A stretch of 64,000 nucleotides of DNA from Octopus sinensis (GCF_006345805.1 NW_021833056.1:41904-105903), one strand, 5' to 3'; positions 27,391 to 39,979 are shown, numbered from the stretch's first letter. Translations and numbers: made by a program. Notes: generated by a model not told the origin, from the letters alone.

Positions 27391-28105
27391 GATTAAATAA
27401 TTAAATTTAGAAAAATTAGAAGAAAAGTTTTTTTAAAGGAATATTTCTATAGTAGTGTTCAGTTATAAGTAGCATTCTGCCTTTCTCTGACTCCGTTGTT
27501 TGCACTTGTGTGTTGGAGGTCGTTGTGAGTTCTTGATAGGGTAGTAGAGGAAGAAGGCTAATGAGGAAAGGGGGTGGGAGAATCTGGGAGTGCCCTGATG
27601 GTCTTATTTTGAATGGTCAGTGGCGGATGGCAGTCGCAGTTCAATTCAGGAGAATATTTCTATTGAAAGGCTTGTTTATAGAATTTGCGTAGGTGTTATA
27701 CTAAAAAAAATTAGTGACAAAGTTAAGGGGTAGAAGGTGGAGAAGTAGAAGAAGAAGAAGAAGAAGAAGAAGAAGAAGAAGAAGAAGAAGGAGAAGAAGG
27801 AGAAGATTACGATGTTGATGATGATGATGATGAAGAAGAAGAAGAAGAAGAAGAAGAAGAAGAAGATGACGATGATGGTGATGGTGGTGATGGTTATGAC
27901 GACGATGATGATGATAATGATGATGATGAAGAAGAAGAGGAAGAAGAAGAAAAAACAGAGAAGGGAGAATATGAATGGGTTAAAGTATGACTTGAAGTTG
28001 GCATGTTGTGGATTATAGCTGTGATTTTAGCTGTGATTAGTAATGGATTCTTTGGAATGTAATATTTGTGTGTGAATATTTCTTTTGTTCTAAAGTTGAG
28101 GTATA

Positions 28106-29365
28106 TTAATTGTTTGTCGTAGACCCGTTTAGAAGTGGCCTGTATTTTGCAATGAAGAGAGTTTCTTTACTTATTCGTTGTCTCGAGGTTGTATCGTCCC
28201 TAAATTGGTAGAGGGGGAAAATCCTGAAGCTTGGTGTTTTTTTGCTGGCGCAAGTATCTATGTGTTGGCTAAAAGCTATTTTTCTGTTTTGGGGAATTTT
28301 TATCTGGGATCTGTGCAGGGCCATTCGTTTACGCAAACTATTTTTTGTTTGGCCTGTGTACTGCTCTTGACACCCGGAGCAGGTTAGTGAGTATATTAGG
28401 TTCTCCGAAGCACATGTGAAGTTGCTTTTCACTGTAAACCGTTGTCCCTGTTTGAAGGAGAACTCTGATCCCTCAATTAGATAGTCGCATATCCCGCAAT
28501 TGGGTCTTCCACATTTTTTTACTGTCGGCTTCTGTGTTGAAGAGTGAATTCGGGCTTGTGTTAGGAGACTTTTCATGGATTTAGGCTGTCTCTTGCTTTT
28601 TATGATCGTGTGTGTTTGGAGGATTGTGTTCATTCTGTGGTCTTTTTTTAGGAGGGGTATGTTGTGGAGGATGGTGCCGAAGGCTTCGTTATTGAGAGGG
28701 TTGTGTGTGGAGATGTATGGTAAGGTTTTTGGTTGTAAGTTTTTCTTTGATTTGGGATGTCTCAGTTCCTTGATGTTAAGTTGAAGGGCACGTTGAATGC
28801 ACTTGTCAATAAGTGAAGGTGGATAGTTCCTGGTGATAAGGGTATCTTTTAGTTCTTGTAGTCGTGTGTCTCTGGTGTTTGCGTTCGAGACTATAGTGCA
28901 TATCCTTTTTGCTAGGTTGAAGGGGATATTCATCCTGGTGTGTCTGGGGTGGCATGAATTGAATGGAAGATATTGCTTAGAGTCTGTAGGCTTATAATAT
29001 ATGTCTGTTTCTATTATATTATTAGCTTTCTTAATGAGGATATCGAGGAAGGGGAGTTGTTGCTGGCTATATTCCATCGTGAATTGGATGTTTACGTCCA
29101 GTCCGTTTAAAATTTCCTGGAATTCTATGAGTTTTTCTATATTTTTATGCCAAAGGATGAAACAGTCATCTAGATATCTCTTCCAGTTGTTTTCTATGTA
29201 GATGGAGAAAGGGCTGCCATATCTTTCTAGAACCTTACGATACAGACTGATCTCTAGATATCCTATGACTAGGTTGGCAAAGGAGGGGGCCATTCGTGTA
29301 CCCATCGCAGTCCCCGATTTTTGTCGGTAGAAGTTGTCATTGAAGGCGAAGAAGTTATTTTCCGC
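28106..29365 (-). CDS. PLE reverse transcriptase C-half plus GIY-YIG endonuclease (open frame, 5'-truncated)
   Basis: GTAMGTRMAPSFANL, RYLDDCF, LPFLDILI, CGRPNCGIC and NLIYSLTCSGCQEQYTGQT; the first ~18 aa of the listed ORF come from flanking DNA. Confidence 0.9.
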   Translation of the reverse strand, partial: AENNFFAFNDNFYRQKSGTAMGTRMAPSFANLVIGYLEISLYRKVLERYGSPFSIYIENNWKRYLDDCFILWHKNIEKLIEFQEILNGLDVNIQFTMEYSQQQLPFLDILIKKANNIIETDIYYKPTDSKQYLPFNSCHPRHTRMNIPFNLAKRICTIVSNANTRDTRLQELKDTLITRNYPPSLIDKCIQRALQLNIKELRHPKSKKNLQPKTLPYISTHNPLNNEAFGTILHNIPLLKKDHRMNTILQTHTIIKSKRQPKSMKSLLTQARIHSSTQKPTVKKCGRPNCGICDYLIEGSEFSFKQGQRFTVKSNFTCASENLIYSLTCSGCQEQYTGQTKNSLRKRMALHRSQIKIPQNRKIAFSQHIDTCASKKTPSFRIFPLYQFRDDTTSRQRISKETLFIAKYRPLLNGSTTNN

Positions 29366-29464
29366 GCGCAAGCATATGTATATATTGACAGCCTTCTTGT
29401 GATATTGGTAGGGTAACATAAATATACGTATCTATCTATCTATCTCTCCCTCTCTCTCTCAAAT

Positions 29465-29495
<31 letters not shown>

Positions 29496-29611
29496 TATGT
29501 ATGTATATATTTGTACGGGAAACACTAACTTTTTCCGTCGGGGCCATATATTTATATGGATTATTTATAATTGACCAAACACGGTGAGCTTTCATAAACT
29601 TTAAACTTATG

Positions 29612-29661
<50 letters not shown>

Positions 29662-29662
<1 letters not shown>

Positions 29663-32497
29663 TAGCAGCATAGCCCGGCGTTGCCCGGTATGTAAGAGCC
29701 CCTAGTAGGCGACGATGAATCCCAATGTAGTCCTTTCCCTCCAGGGAACGAAGGTGCATGTGGAGGCTGCAATGTCTTCTCTTCACTCGAATACTTCTGT
29801 ATATACGATGTTCCTATATGTCCCTTTGGGCGAAAACATGAAAACATCATTGCGCCTCCCAACGCGTGAACAGCCCACGTAGAGTTGACCGTGGGCGAAG
29901 CACTGTTCGCCCAAATCTAACCCAGCGACTTGTAGCGTTTGGCCTTGGGATTTATCGATTGACATTGCGAAGCAGAGTTTAACAGAAAACTGAGAACGCT
30001 TGAAGTGGATTCGTAGGTCTGCGCCCGACGGTGAAGGTGCATCCGTGGAATGAATACGTCCTATCCCTTCCCACGACCGGTAAGTATTGTGGCCGTTATT
30101 AAATGTGGTGGCAAATGTTTCACAACCAAACGTGTGCCGTTGCACTGTTTAGGTGGAACCAAATTCCTGATGAGCATAATGGGCGCACCGACTTTTAACT
30201 TCATAATGTGTGGCGGCAGGCCTGGCGGTTCAAGTGAATTCAGGAATTCAACAGGATAATCGGCAAGCTCTGCGGGATCTGCTGTCCTATCAATAGATTT
30301 GTAGACGTGGACATCACCAGGAATAGCTTCAAGTAGCTGGATATTGATGGAGTTGACGGTTGTATTTTTGGGTGCGAGAATAGCTCTGCCTGCCAGCCAT
30401 ATTAGGTCGCGTAAATTGTTTTGTAGGTCGTGGAAGACAGCGTCCCGGAGGCTAGCTGGAGTGTCGACAATGGTGCAAAGCTCTTTCGTCAACCTCGAGC
30501 GGAAGGAAGATCTGTACGCTGCGACCCTTGCAAGTCGGGTAGAACGGTCGCTAGTAGTTTCAGATGCCTGAGCAGCGGCAGAACGGGAAGCTTTTTGCGA
30601 GAGGCGCAAGGCGGTTTTTATCGTGGATCTCGCGTGCCCTTCTAGCCCTAGCAGCCGATGCCTTGGCCGTCCGAGGTCTGAGAAGGGTCCTTCTCTTCTT
30701 GGGTGGCATTTTGGTGGATAGCAATGTGTTTGGCAAAGGTGTAATAAAAAGGAACACGTGGGGTAAGTATTTTGGTGGATAGCAATGTGTTTGGTAAAGG
30801 TGTAATAAAAAGGAGCACGTGGGGTAAGTATCCCAAAATGTATAAAAATGTACAAAAACGGCAAAAAAGCGGGCAGCAATGTGAGTGACAACAACGAAAA
30901 AGCCAAAAGTGACCAAACTGAACAAACGAATGGAAAAGTTTTTGTGTTGCACACGACAAAAGCGGCTTATAATAAACCAAGAGTTTGCAAGTAGAGTCCG
31001 AGGACCCTTAGGGTACGTCAAAAATTTAAGGTAAAACGTTTGGGGTTGTAGTTATAAAGAAAGTGTAAACAAAAAAAGTATTCGAATAACTTGCGGCTGC
31101 AGCAGCTATTAGCAGAAGTGGCGGTGTTGGGGGTGAAGTCTCGAATGTAATTTCTTCCTGGTAGGAATTGGTTGGATCGAATTATCGATAGCTAAAAAGG
31201 TCGAGTTGCGTCCCCTAGACAGTCTGGTTTGTATTTAATACACAAATCGGTTTGCTATGTGTGCCACATATGATTTAATTAACCGATTTTTTCCAATAAT
31301 GTATCCTATTGGAATAAAAAGGGCCATATAGCTCCTTGGAGCAGACATGATGCTCGCTGTGAATTAAAAAAAAAATTCCTGCCAATTTGTGAAAGATATT
31401 GTCGAAAATATGTCATCTTGAATTTGAACGCGATTTCCCAAAATGGCATGATTTTATCGATTGTTTCTGATGGTAAGGTATTGCATGGAAAACTAACGTC
31501 AGAATTGAGTTTCTTAGGGTAACATTAAGCTTCCCCATGAGTTTTGTGAAAATCGATTGCAAGTTGCGAAAACTACCATAGAAAATGTGTTGCATATAAA
31601 AAGCTTAGATTCTCGACCCCATACCGAGTTTATCGATTTTGTAGGTTGCAATGTCTTCTCTTCACTCGAATACTTCTGTGTATACGATGTTCCTAGATGT
31701 CCCTTTGGGCGAAAACATGAAAACATCATTGCGCCTCCCAACGCGTGAACAGCCCACGTAGAGTTGACCGTGGGCGAAGCACTGTTCGCCCAACTGTAAC
31801 CCAGCGACTTGTAGCGTTTGGCCTTGGGATTTATTGATGGACATTGCGAAGCAGAGTTTAACAGGAAACTGAGAACGCCTGAAGTGGATTGGTAGGTCAG
31901 CGCCCGACGGTTGAAGGTACATCCGTGGAATAAAGACGTCCTCTCCCTTCCCACAACCCGTAAGTATTGTGGCCGTTATTAAATGTGGTGGCAAATGTTT
32001 CACAACCAAACGTGTGCCGTTGCACTGTTTAGGTGGAACCAAATTCCTGATGAGCATAATGGGCGCACCGACTTTTAACTTCAGGATGTGTGGCGGCAGG
32101 CCTGGCGGTTCAAGTGAATTCAGGAATTCAACAGGATAATCGGCAAGCTCTGCGGGGTCTGCTGTCCTATCAATAGATTTGTAGACGTGGACATCACCAG
32201 GAATAGCTTCAAGTAGCTGGATATTGATGTAGTTGAGAGCTAAAAAGGTCGAGTTGCGCCCCCTAGACAGTCTGTGGTTTGTGTTTCTGATTCTCGACCC
32301 CATGTCGAATTTATCGATTTTTTTCAGAACTGAGGGAACTTTTCAAAATTTTCAAAATTTTCGCTGCGTTAGTTTTGAATTATGACATTGGGCTATGTGT
32401 GTGTCAAGTTTCATCAGAATCGGTTGAAAGCCGTGGTCAGAGTGAGGGTACAACCAAACAGACACACAGACACACAGACAGACAAACTGCCGTTTAA

Positions 32498-32500
<3 letters not shown>
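29662..32500 (-). mobile_element. Composite of two internally deleted Helitron units (PIF1 helicase remnants)
   Basis: 3' end ccgggcaacgccgggc..CTAG|T at 29662; two helicase C-termini (PPGLPPH.LKLKVGAPIMLIRNL..CNGTRL; INKSQGQTL..HGQLYV..SRV); (GTCT)-like subterminal repeat near 32470; inserted in (TA)n. Confidence 0.9.
30061..30954 (-). pseudogene. RepHel N-terminus fused to helicase C-terminus by internal deletion
   Basis: MPPKKRR..ARRARE and SETTSDRSTRL lead directly into LRDAVF.DL..RAILAPKN; Rep and helicase core motifs absent. Confidence 0.7.
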
Positions 32501-32564
<64 letters not shown>

Positions 32565-32573
<9 letters not shown>

Positions 32574-33279
32574 CACATAAGATGATTGCTCCACCTTGGC
32601 AGATGTTTGCCGTTTTCTTTTGCTTCCTGTTTGTCAAAGGCATTTCTGTGTTTCCATTCATGACCTCTCAGTTGAAATTTAGTCTCTCTGCCGATCTGCC
32701 TTCTTTGAAGCGTAGGTGAGAGACGAAAGTTGTTGTAGCCTACCGTGCGCGTCCATTCTTCCACCACCGTAGGCACTTCAGCAGATGAAATGCCGAATGT
32801 GGTCATCTTAAAGACATAACTGTGCATCATTTGATTATAGAGAGAGGCACCTGTAGAATACCAGTACCACTCTGAGTCTCTGTGACTAGAACCTAGTGGC
32901 AGACCGAACAGAGAGGACTTTTCATCAGGTCAAACAGCAGGTTTTCCATCAGTAGGCACCTCTGATGCAACCAAGTGATCCGTCCTTTTTAGTGGTTTTA
33001 CTGCATGCCGTGACATCAACCAAGGTTATTTCTGCATTTCCGCGCTCCGATACAATGTCATTACTTATATTAGTTAACTTATATTTGGACCTTGACCTTT
33101 GCTACAACTCCGTCCGGATCAGAGTAGCGCGGGGGACTATAGTGGCTCCGAGGTGATTCCAGATTCCACAAACTCTGGAACTCCCGAACAAAACACCCCA
33201 CTACTGGATGCAGTTTGAGTTATACCCAGCACATAGATCTAGATATATGATCATACATACATACATATATTTATACATG

Positions 33280-33313
<34 letters not shown>

Positions 33314-33314
33314 C

Positions 33315-33376
<62 letters not shown>

Positions 33377-33833
33377 GTTTGTATAATATATATATGTATG
33401 CATGTATGTATGTATGTATGTATGTATGTATGTATGCATGAAAAGAAGCATATATAAGGCGTTGTGTCAAAAGAGATGTGGTGAGAGGTGAAATCGATTG
33501 AGAAAAGCAATTAAAAATGTATACGACTCATAAAAATGATTCGTAAATTTCATTGGTTGACAGAAGTTAGATCCTGCTTGACTGTGCTATAAAATGAAAT
33601 GCATTACTTTAATTTCTCAATTTTTATTAAAAGTAGCGAACGCAAACCATCAGAGTAAATATTTTTTTACCGAATATTGCCTTTTTTCTTAGGTAAGTCT
33701 CTAATTTTTTCTCACTCCGTTCTTTTCATATGTCACAATTTTGATGTATCAATGAAAATAGATGCCTTGCATTACGATTGATATATTATTATATCCTCAG
33801 CCCCGAAATTTCAGGCTTTGTACCTTTAGTTCA

Positions 33834-33882
<49 letters not shown>

Positions 33883-34375
33883 TTAAGACCGGCGAAATCG
33901 ATTTTACATTTGATCCTTTCGGGGTTGATGAATTATGTACCAGTTAAACACTGGGGTCGATGTAATCATCTAGTCCCCACCACCAAAATTAGGAGAAAAA
34001 CAGCCCATTTGTATTTAGAAGTAAGGATTATTATTTCCTCTACGCACAACAGATTAAACTGGAACAAGAAAAGTTCCTAACATCGGGCTACAGCAAGTAA
34101 CCTTATATGCGAAGAACCTTCCTAAGTTTCCTAGCTGTCCCTAATAACACGGTTTCCTGGAGCTGCACTAAAGTAGGTTTTACGCCTAGTTTTTCTATTT
34201 CTTTGTGAAACCCTTAGGGATAATTCGTAATGCACTTATAGCTACAGGGATACATTTTATCCACACATTTCCTAGCCTCTATAACTGAATGGCTAGACCC
34301 TGGGACTTTGCTATTTTCTGTATAGTTTCCATATTGATTTTCTCATCATTTGGGATTGTAAAGTCAATTACCTGC
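32565..34375 (+). repeat. Segment z (copy 2) plus start of segment A (copy 3)
   Basis: Matches 18757-19566 and then 23737-24185; the (ATT)n at 33838-33884 lacks the R4 insertion. Confidence 0.9.
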
Positions 34376-34928
34376 TTACGGTAAGACCAACTTTGCACCG
34401 AGGATAAAATACTAACCCACCATTCATTGTTGATAAATCCTCTACCTTATCAAGTAACACATTTCGTATTAACGATGAAACTTCTAAAGGAAATTATGTA
34501 AAATGGTCATCTATTTAATGAAAAGCTTTTGATATTTGGAGATGACTTTCACAAGACAGCTAATGCAATTCGAAGATTCAGCAATGTTAATATAAAAATA
34601 CTGCACGAAGAGTTGGCCGTTATAGAGATATGTGAAAATCTTCTTCATCCCAGTAAAAATGGGAAATGCGAGCAAGAAGGATTTCATATTTGTATCTTGA
34701 ATATTAGAATGTTATTTTCACTTACAATGCTGGGCTTAATGATTGTATGCTTGCCATACCATAAGCAATGATTGTCGGTGATGTAGTCAACTTTATTTAT
34801 TGTAAATTCAGTTACATCATCAATGATGAACAAACTGCCTCTTTTGATTTATATAACTTACATTGGGAATCTACCTGATTGTGCTGACTTCGAAAGTTTG
34901 TGAAACATTGAAACTTAACAATGATATT

Positions 34929-35495
34929 CTGCAGCTCATATACCGGGTCTATCAAGAAAATATATAAAATCAATGATTCGATAATTGTTGATGACGATGA
35001 CGACAACTAGGAAAAAGACTACGACGACGATGACAACAGTGAAGATGACTACGATGAAGATGTTGATGCAGCGACGAGGATGCAGATATTGATGACGATG
35101 ATAACGAAGATGATGAGGTGAGGGGATTGTGAGGATTTTCATGATCAAGATGATGATCATTTGAATGAGGAAGATGAGCTATAGATTTTCCAGTGGAGTT
35201 GTTAATGAACAAAATCCACGTGGAATTCCACCTCATATTCTGGTGATGAACGTTTGGAGTATTATAATGTGAGAACGAAACCTCAGACCCCTGAAGAGTT
35301 TACTAAATAGAACATGAGCAACAATTATAGAAGAGTGCAACCATCTTCTTTATACAGCAGAATATTTACTGGCAACAGTTAAGAAGATGGGTTTTCATTT
35401 CACGAATTTATTTGTCACAAAGCGAGACAAATCTACTTTTTCAACATAATCGCAGGCATGGCCCCTTGATAACATTCTTTGTTATTACCATAAAT
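34929..35495 (-). repeat. Inverted copy of part of segment A
   Basis: Reverse complement of about 25218-25760. Confidence 0.9.
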
Positions 35496-36624
35496 ATATT
35501 TCAGGGTTAGTCTTTTATCAGAGTGGGAGTATATCTACGAGAGCGCGTATTTAGTACTGGATAGTTATTTGTAGTTCTAAATAGGATAAAAAATCAGGAG
35601 CACCATAAAAGACAGATTTCCATTTCATAAAATAAGGGCACCTCCTACTTAAGGACCATATATTCACTAAATGTGTAGTCATGAATTGCCTTTTGAGGCT
35701 AAATAATAATGTTTACGACGAAACTACTGGCGTTTATTGAGCTAACTATTGTATTGAACATGAACTTCTGTAATTTAATTTAGACATTTATTATGCAAAT
35801 ATTCATCGTAGACCAAAATATAAATACGGCGCAGTTCGAATGTAAAACAAATGTCGCTGATTGGAAAACAATAATATTTCTATAAATATAATCAGTATTT
35901 TGTGTGTATAATCATGGGTTAGTGCACATATTTTGTTTCAGTCTATGTCATTATGTGGCTTTTCTGTGCATACACACGCATCCACATACGTATACATGCA
36001 TACAAAAAAGCACACACACACACATGTGTATAGACGTATGTGTATACACTTGTAAAAAAATGTACACATTTTTGTGTGTACATTCTGGTCGTATAAACCT
36101 GATTCTGGAGTCTCATGTATTCAACACATATTTTGTATTATCCGCATTTGTGGAATTTTACATATCTTGCATATATATATATATATATAATTATTGCATG
36201 TTTATTACATATTCTTACTCGTATTCAAATTTGTAAGGTTTGGGGATTGCTCAGTGATAAACTGCAAAATTTTGACGTCAAAGCTAATAAGAAATGCTTG
36301 TCAACAAGCTGCACATACATGTAAATATAAAGTTTTAAGAGCATAAACTTTAAAATTGTAAAATTTCGTGTAGTTTAAACATTAATGCCGGTATGCGTAT
36401 GCAAATACCATTAGTTGTTCAATGTTTCCGAGAGTCGAATCCAACGGAAATAATTATATACGAGTCGTGCATATATAGTCTATCGGTGGTCTCTCCCTGG
36501 GCAGGTCTTGTGACTGTGAACCTTCTTCAGTAGTGTCTGCTACTGTTATATTGATTACTACTGAAGCAGATTGTTCCAGTTCTAATGACGAAACTGGCAT
36601 CAGCTGGTCCCGAGATTTTTCCCG

Positions 36625-37660
36625 ATACATATCATCTATTAACTTTGGGGCATTCGGTGGGCAATATGTATTGCATATGACTATATTATGTTGTCTTATG
36701 TATACAATTAAACTGTCACATACCGAATTTGAGTATGTCATTAAGACCTGGGGTGTGAGGTCATCTTGGATTTATACAGCAACTCCACCATGGCTCCTTT
36801 CCCTTCTGTCTGTTCGCAGTATGGCATAGTTTGGTATGTGTACTTCTGCGTCCTCTATATCAGGGTTGAGGTGAGTTTCCACAAGTGCTATGCATAGGGC
36901 TTGATTGCATGCAGTAAGATCTCTCAGGAAAGAAATTTTGTTTCTATTTTGATGCAACAGGCCCGCAATATTTAGTAAAAGTATTGGGGTGGCGGCTGTG
37001 CAGGCGTTAGGGGAAGCCATCCCGTGTCTGTTGACTTTGGTGGTCTTGCATAGTGGTGGGCAGGGTTCCTTCTCTGTGCTTGGTGTAGCCAGGTTAGCTG
37101 CCGGACAATTCTTTGCACCATGCATAAAAAAGACTCTTGCTCAGCTGCTGCGTTGCGCAGAACATCTGAGGAGCGCATTCGTTTTTGGAAGTTTTCCTGA
37201 GAGACATTTCTTGTGTTCCCTCAGTAAAGCTCTTCTCTTTGAGTGCCCTGAAGTTCTGGCGGGGTGTCGGGTGGGCGAACCGGCAGTTTTTGCCGTCTTC
37301 ACCATGCCAACATTTGCCCCGCAGGTAGAATTTACAGGTTCTTCGGTGCCTTCTAGATTTCTTCTTTCCTGAAGTGTACTGGGTGGCATTGGATCCTCCA
37401 TGGGGTTCTCTGCTGTTTGTGTGGTGGGTTGGGGTTTCAGCTTTGGTTGTTTTGCCTTTTCCTCCTTTTCCCTCCTTATTTTTGTTTTCGGTCCTTCCTT
37501 TTTTCTTCTGTTTTTCTAATTGTTCATTTCTTTGTAGGACCACTGGTACATGGGGGGGGGGGGCTCCCGGTTTCTGCTCCCTTGGCTCCCCTATCCTTCA
37601 CTACCTGGTCGTTCCCCGGGGTAGGTGATTCATTTTCCTGAGGAACCCCTGGATCACAGA
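36625..37660 (-). pseudogene. 5' portion of a CR1-like LINE (CCCH ORF1 plus start of APE), 3'-truncated
   Basis: CKFYLRGKCWHGEDGKNCRFAH; LLLNIAGL..ETHLNPDIEDAEV..RTDRRERSHGGVAVY..YCPP; stops abruptly. Confidence 0.85.
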
Positions 37661-37789
37661 GACTTCCGGCTTCCTTCTCTTTTTAGACCTCTTCATACTC
37701 ATCAGCCTTGCCACAATAATTTTCAATTATGTAATCCAGTGTTTTGATGTAAGACCGGATAAATTCGCCTTTCCTCCGTTCTATTTGGC

Positions 37790-38006
37790 AATGGTTCTAT
37801 GAAAGCACCTTTTTTATGTAAATTAATTTTTGGTGTTAACATGGTCCGATTTCAACTTCTTGTTCTAGGGAATGAAGAGCAAGCCTTCTTCTCTCATACT
37901 CTCAATTTTGGTCAACTTGCGCCGCAGGGTCTCGGAGGAGATAGTGTTAGTTGAAGTCTACTAAACCTGGCATATACACAGGCAACTTCAGCCTTATATA
38001 TATAGA
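37790..38006 (-). mobile_element. 5' fragment of a non-autonomous Helitron
   Basis: A|TCTATATATATAAGGCTGAAGTTG start resembles 38472; no CTAG end found. Confidence 0.45.
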
Positions 38007-38202
38007 TATTTAACGGTCATTCTCATAGCTCTTTTGTTTGTCTTTATAGTAATTTCCCTTTATTCAATGGTCATTTTCATAGCATTTTTGTTCGTTTTAA
38101 TTACTGACGAGATGCCGGAGCAGACTTCCGCCTCGACATCCAAATCTCTGAGTTTTATTATAACGACAGAATAATTGTCACATATTATGTTATGTATATA
38201 TA

Positions 38203-38250
<48 letters not shown>

Positions 38251-38471
38251 CTTTGTATATATATATAATCATATCAAAGAGAAATGGAATTTAATTAAAA
38301 TTAAAAACATTTAATTAAATTTTACATTTCCAGTAGTCTAACGTCTAAAAAAATTTAGTCAAAATGACTATATATTAGTCACACACGATATAGTGTATAT
38401 TTAAACACATAAGGAATCTACTATAGGTTCTACATGCTAGAAAGAACAGCTTGGTTCTATAACCACAAAAA

Positions 38472-38773
38472 TCTTTATATATAAAACTGAAGTTGTGTGA
38501 GAGTCTGTCTCCTCCGAATTAGATTCCTAACTACTCCCACATTTTGCGGTGCAGTTTAACCAAGAGCGGGTATCTTATAGTCGTGATTCATATCGAGCCC
38601 TTCTGGGTATTAGCGCTCGTCTACGATGAGTCTACGATGGTAAAAAATTACCATCATTTTTCGTTTTTTTTAATGCATTTTTTGATCGGTTTATATAAGG
38701 GAAGTAACTCTCTAAAAATGCTTATATAGTTATTTTCCTTACAAACCCGAGCAACGCCGGGCGATACTGCTAG
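38472..38773 (+). mobile_element. Complete 302-bp non-autonomous Helitron
   Basis: A|TC start, subterminal cccgagcaacgccgggc, CTAG|T end: canonical A/T insertion with no target duplication. Confidence 0.85.
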
Positions 38774-38985
38774 TCGTATATATATATATATTATATATAT
38801 ATATATATATATAAAATATTAGGGAATAAATCCAATTTACAGGGAAAAAATCAGATTTAGGATTAAATCCAATTTTATAGTAAAATATTATAAAATATTA
38901 TTAGAGACAAAACCACTATTTTGCAAAACAAACAAGGAAAGACTTAATCAATACATAAAATTTTAATAAATAGTAAAAAAAACCG

Positions 38986-39028
38986 CCACTACAATTGTTT
39001 CTTGTCTTGATCGACAATCTTCAGGTGG
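38986..39028 (-). ncRNA. Minimal type I hammerhead ribozyme (canonical core) in an orphan pLTR-like segment
   Basis: CCAC CUGAAGA UUGUC-GAUCAA-GACAA GAA A-CAAUUG-U A GUGG; lies in a ~240-bp AT-rich insert between (TA)n tracts. Confidence 0.75.
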
Positions 39029-39058
39029 ACTTCCAATAAGTCAGTTTCAAATATATAT

Positions 39059-39968
39059 ATATGCTGATGACACAAAGGTAGCACAGGCAATCAAAAACCC
39101 AGCTGATGCTGACCTTTTACAACAAGATCTGGATGCCATATACAAATGGGCTGAAGACAACAACATGCAGTTTAATGCTGGTAAATTTCAAGCCTTACAA
39201 TATCAAGCTGTAAACACATATACATTACAACACAACTATACTGGTCCAGGAGGGATCGAAATCCCAGTATCGAAATCAATACGGGACCTGGGGATAGACA
39301 TGAGTGACGATGCATCTTTTTCTTCACACATCGCGAAGGTGGCGACAATGTGCAGACGACTCACTGGCTGGATCCTGAGGACATTCCGGACAAGAGACTG
39401 CAAGACCATGTTGACACTATGGAGGACATTTGTCCTAAGCCGCCTGGACTACTGCTCCCAACTGTGGTCACCGCATAGTGTCAAACTAACCACAGAGCTT
39501 GAGACAATCCAAAGACATTTCACCAAGAGGATTTCCACCATGAAAGAAAAGAACTATTGGGAGAGGCTTAGGGAACTCAATTTGTACTCCTTGGAACGAA
39601 GACGAGAGAGATATGCAGTGATATACATATGGAAAATCCTGGAGGGACTAGCACAAAATTTTGGAATTGAGAGCTGTTCCAATCCCCGTACAGGACGTCA
39701 CTGTGTGGTGCCAAAGGTCCCGTCTTCCACATCCAGGGTAAGGAGCAGATACTGTAATAGCCTGGGGTTCAGGGGCCCTCAGCTGTTCAACAAACTGCCA
39801 AGAAAACTAAGAGATCTACATGATGCGGATGTGGACATTTTCAAAAAACATCTAGACAAGCTGCTTTCCGGGATCCCAGATGAACCCACTGCAAGGTACG
39901 AAGGTAACCTAAGGGCAGCAGCTACAAACTCTCTCTTAGATCAGTGGCCAGGTAAAAGAGTAAAAGAG
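39059..39968 (+). pseudogene. 3' part of a CR1-like LINE (RT C-terminus)
   Basis: YADDTK, LDYCSQLWSP, SLERRRERY; (GTAAAAGA)2 tail into (TA)n. Confidence 0.9.
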
Positions 39969-39979
39969 TATATATATAT

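Larger units (their letters stand above)
27296..29365 (-). mobile_element. Penelope-like element, 5'-truncated, with 3' terminal region
   Basis: Uninterrupted RT-Zn finger-GIY-YIG frame; 3' region with (GAA)/(GAT) tracts and a hammerhead motif; joins segment x at about 29365. Confidence 0.9.

Noticed and set aside
34936-35236. His-rich or Asp-rich ORFs (also about 25500-25720)
   Set aside because: Degenerate (CAT/GAT)n sequence with stops in the acidic frame.
36454-36625. Non-TE tail of the 95-aa ORF (QLMPVSSLELEQ...) as a host exon
   Set aside because: Read-through from the truncated APE frame into unassigned DNA; no convincing splice signals.
38113-38150. CTGACGA motif as a hammerhead core
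   Set aside because: No downstream GAAA or stem III, and no stem I pairing.
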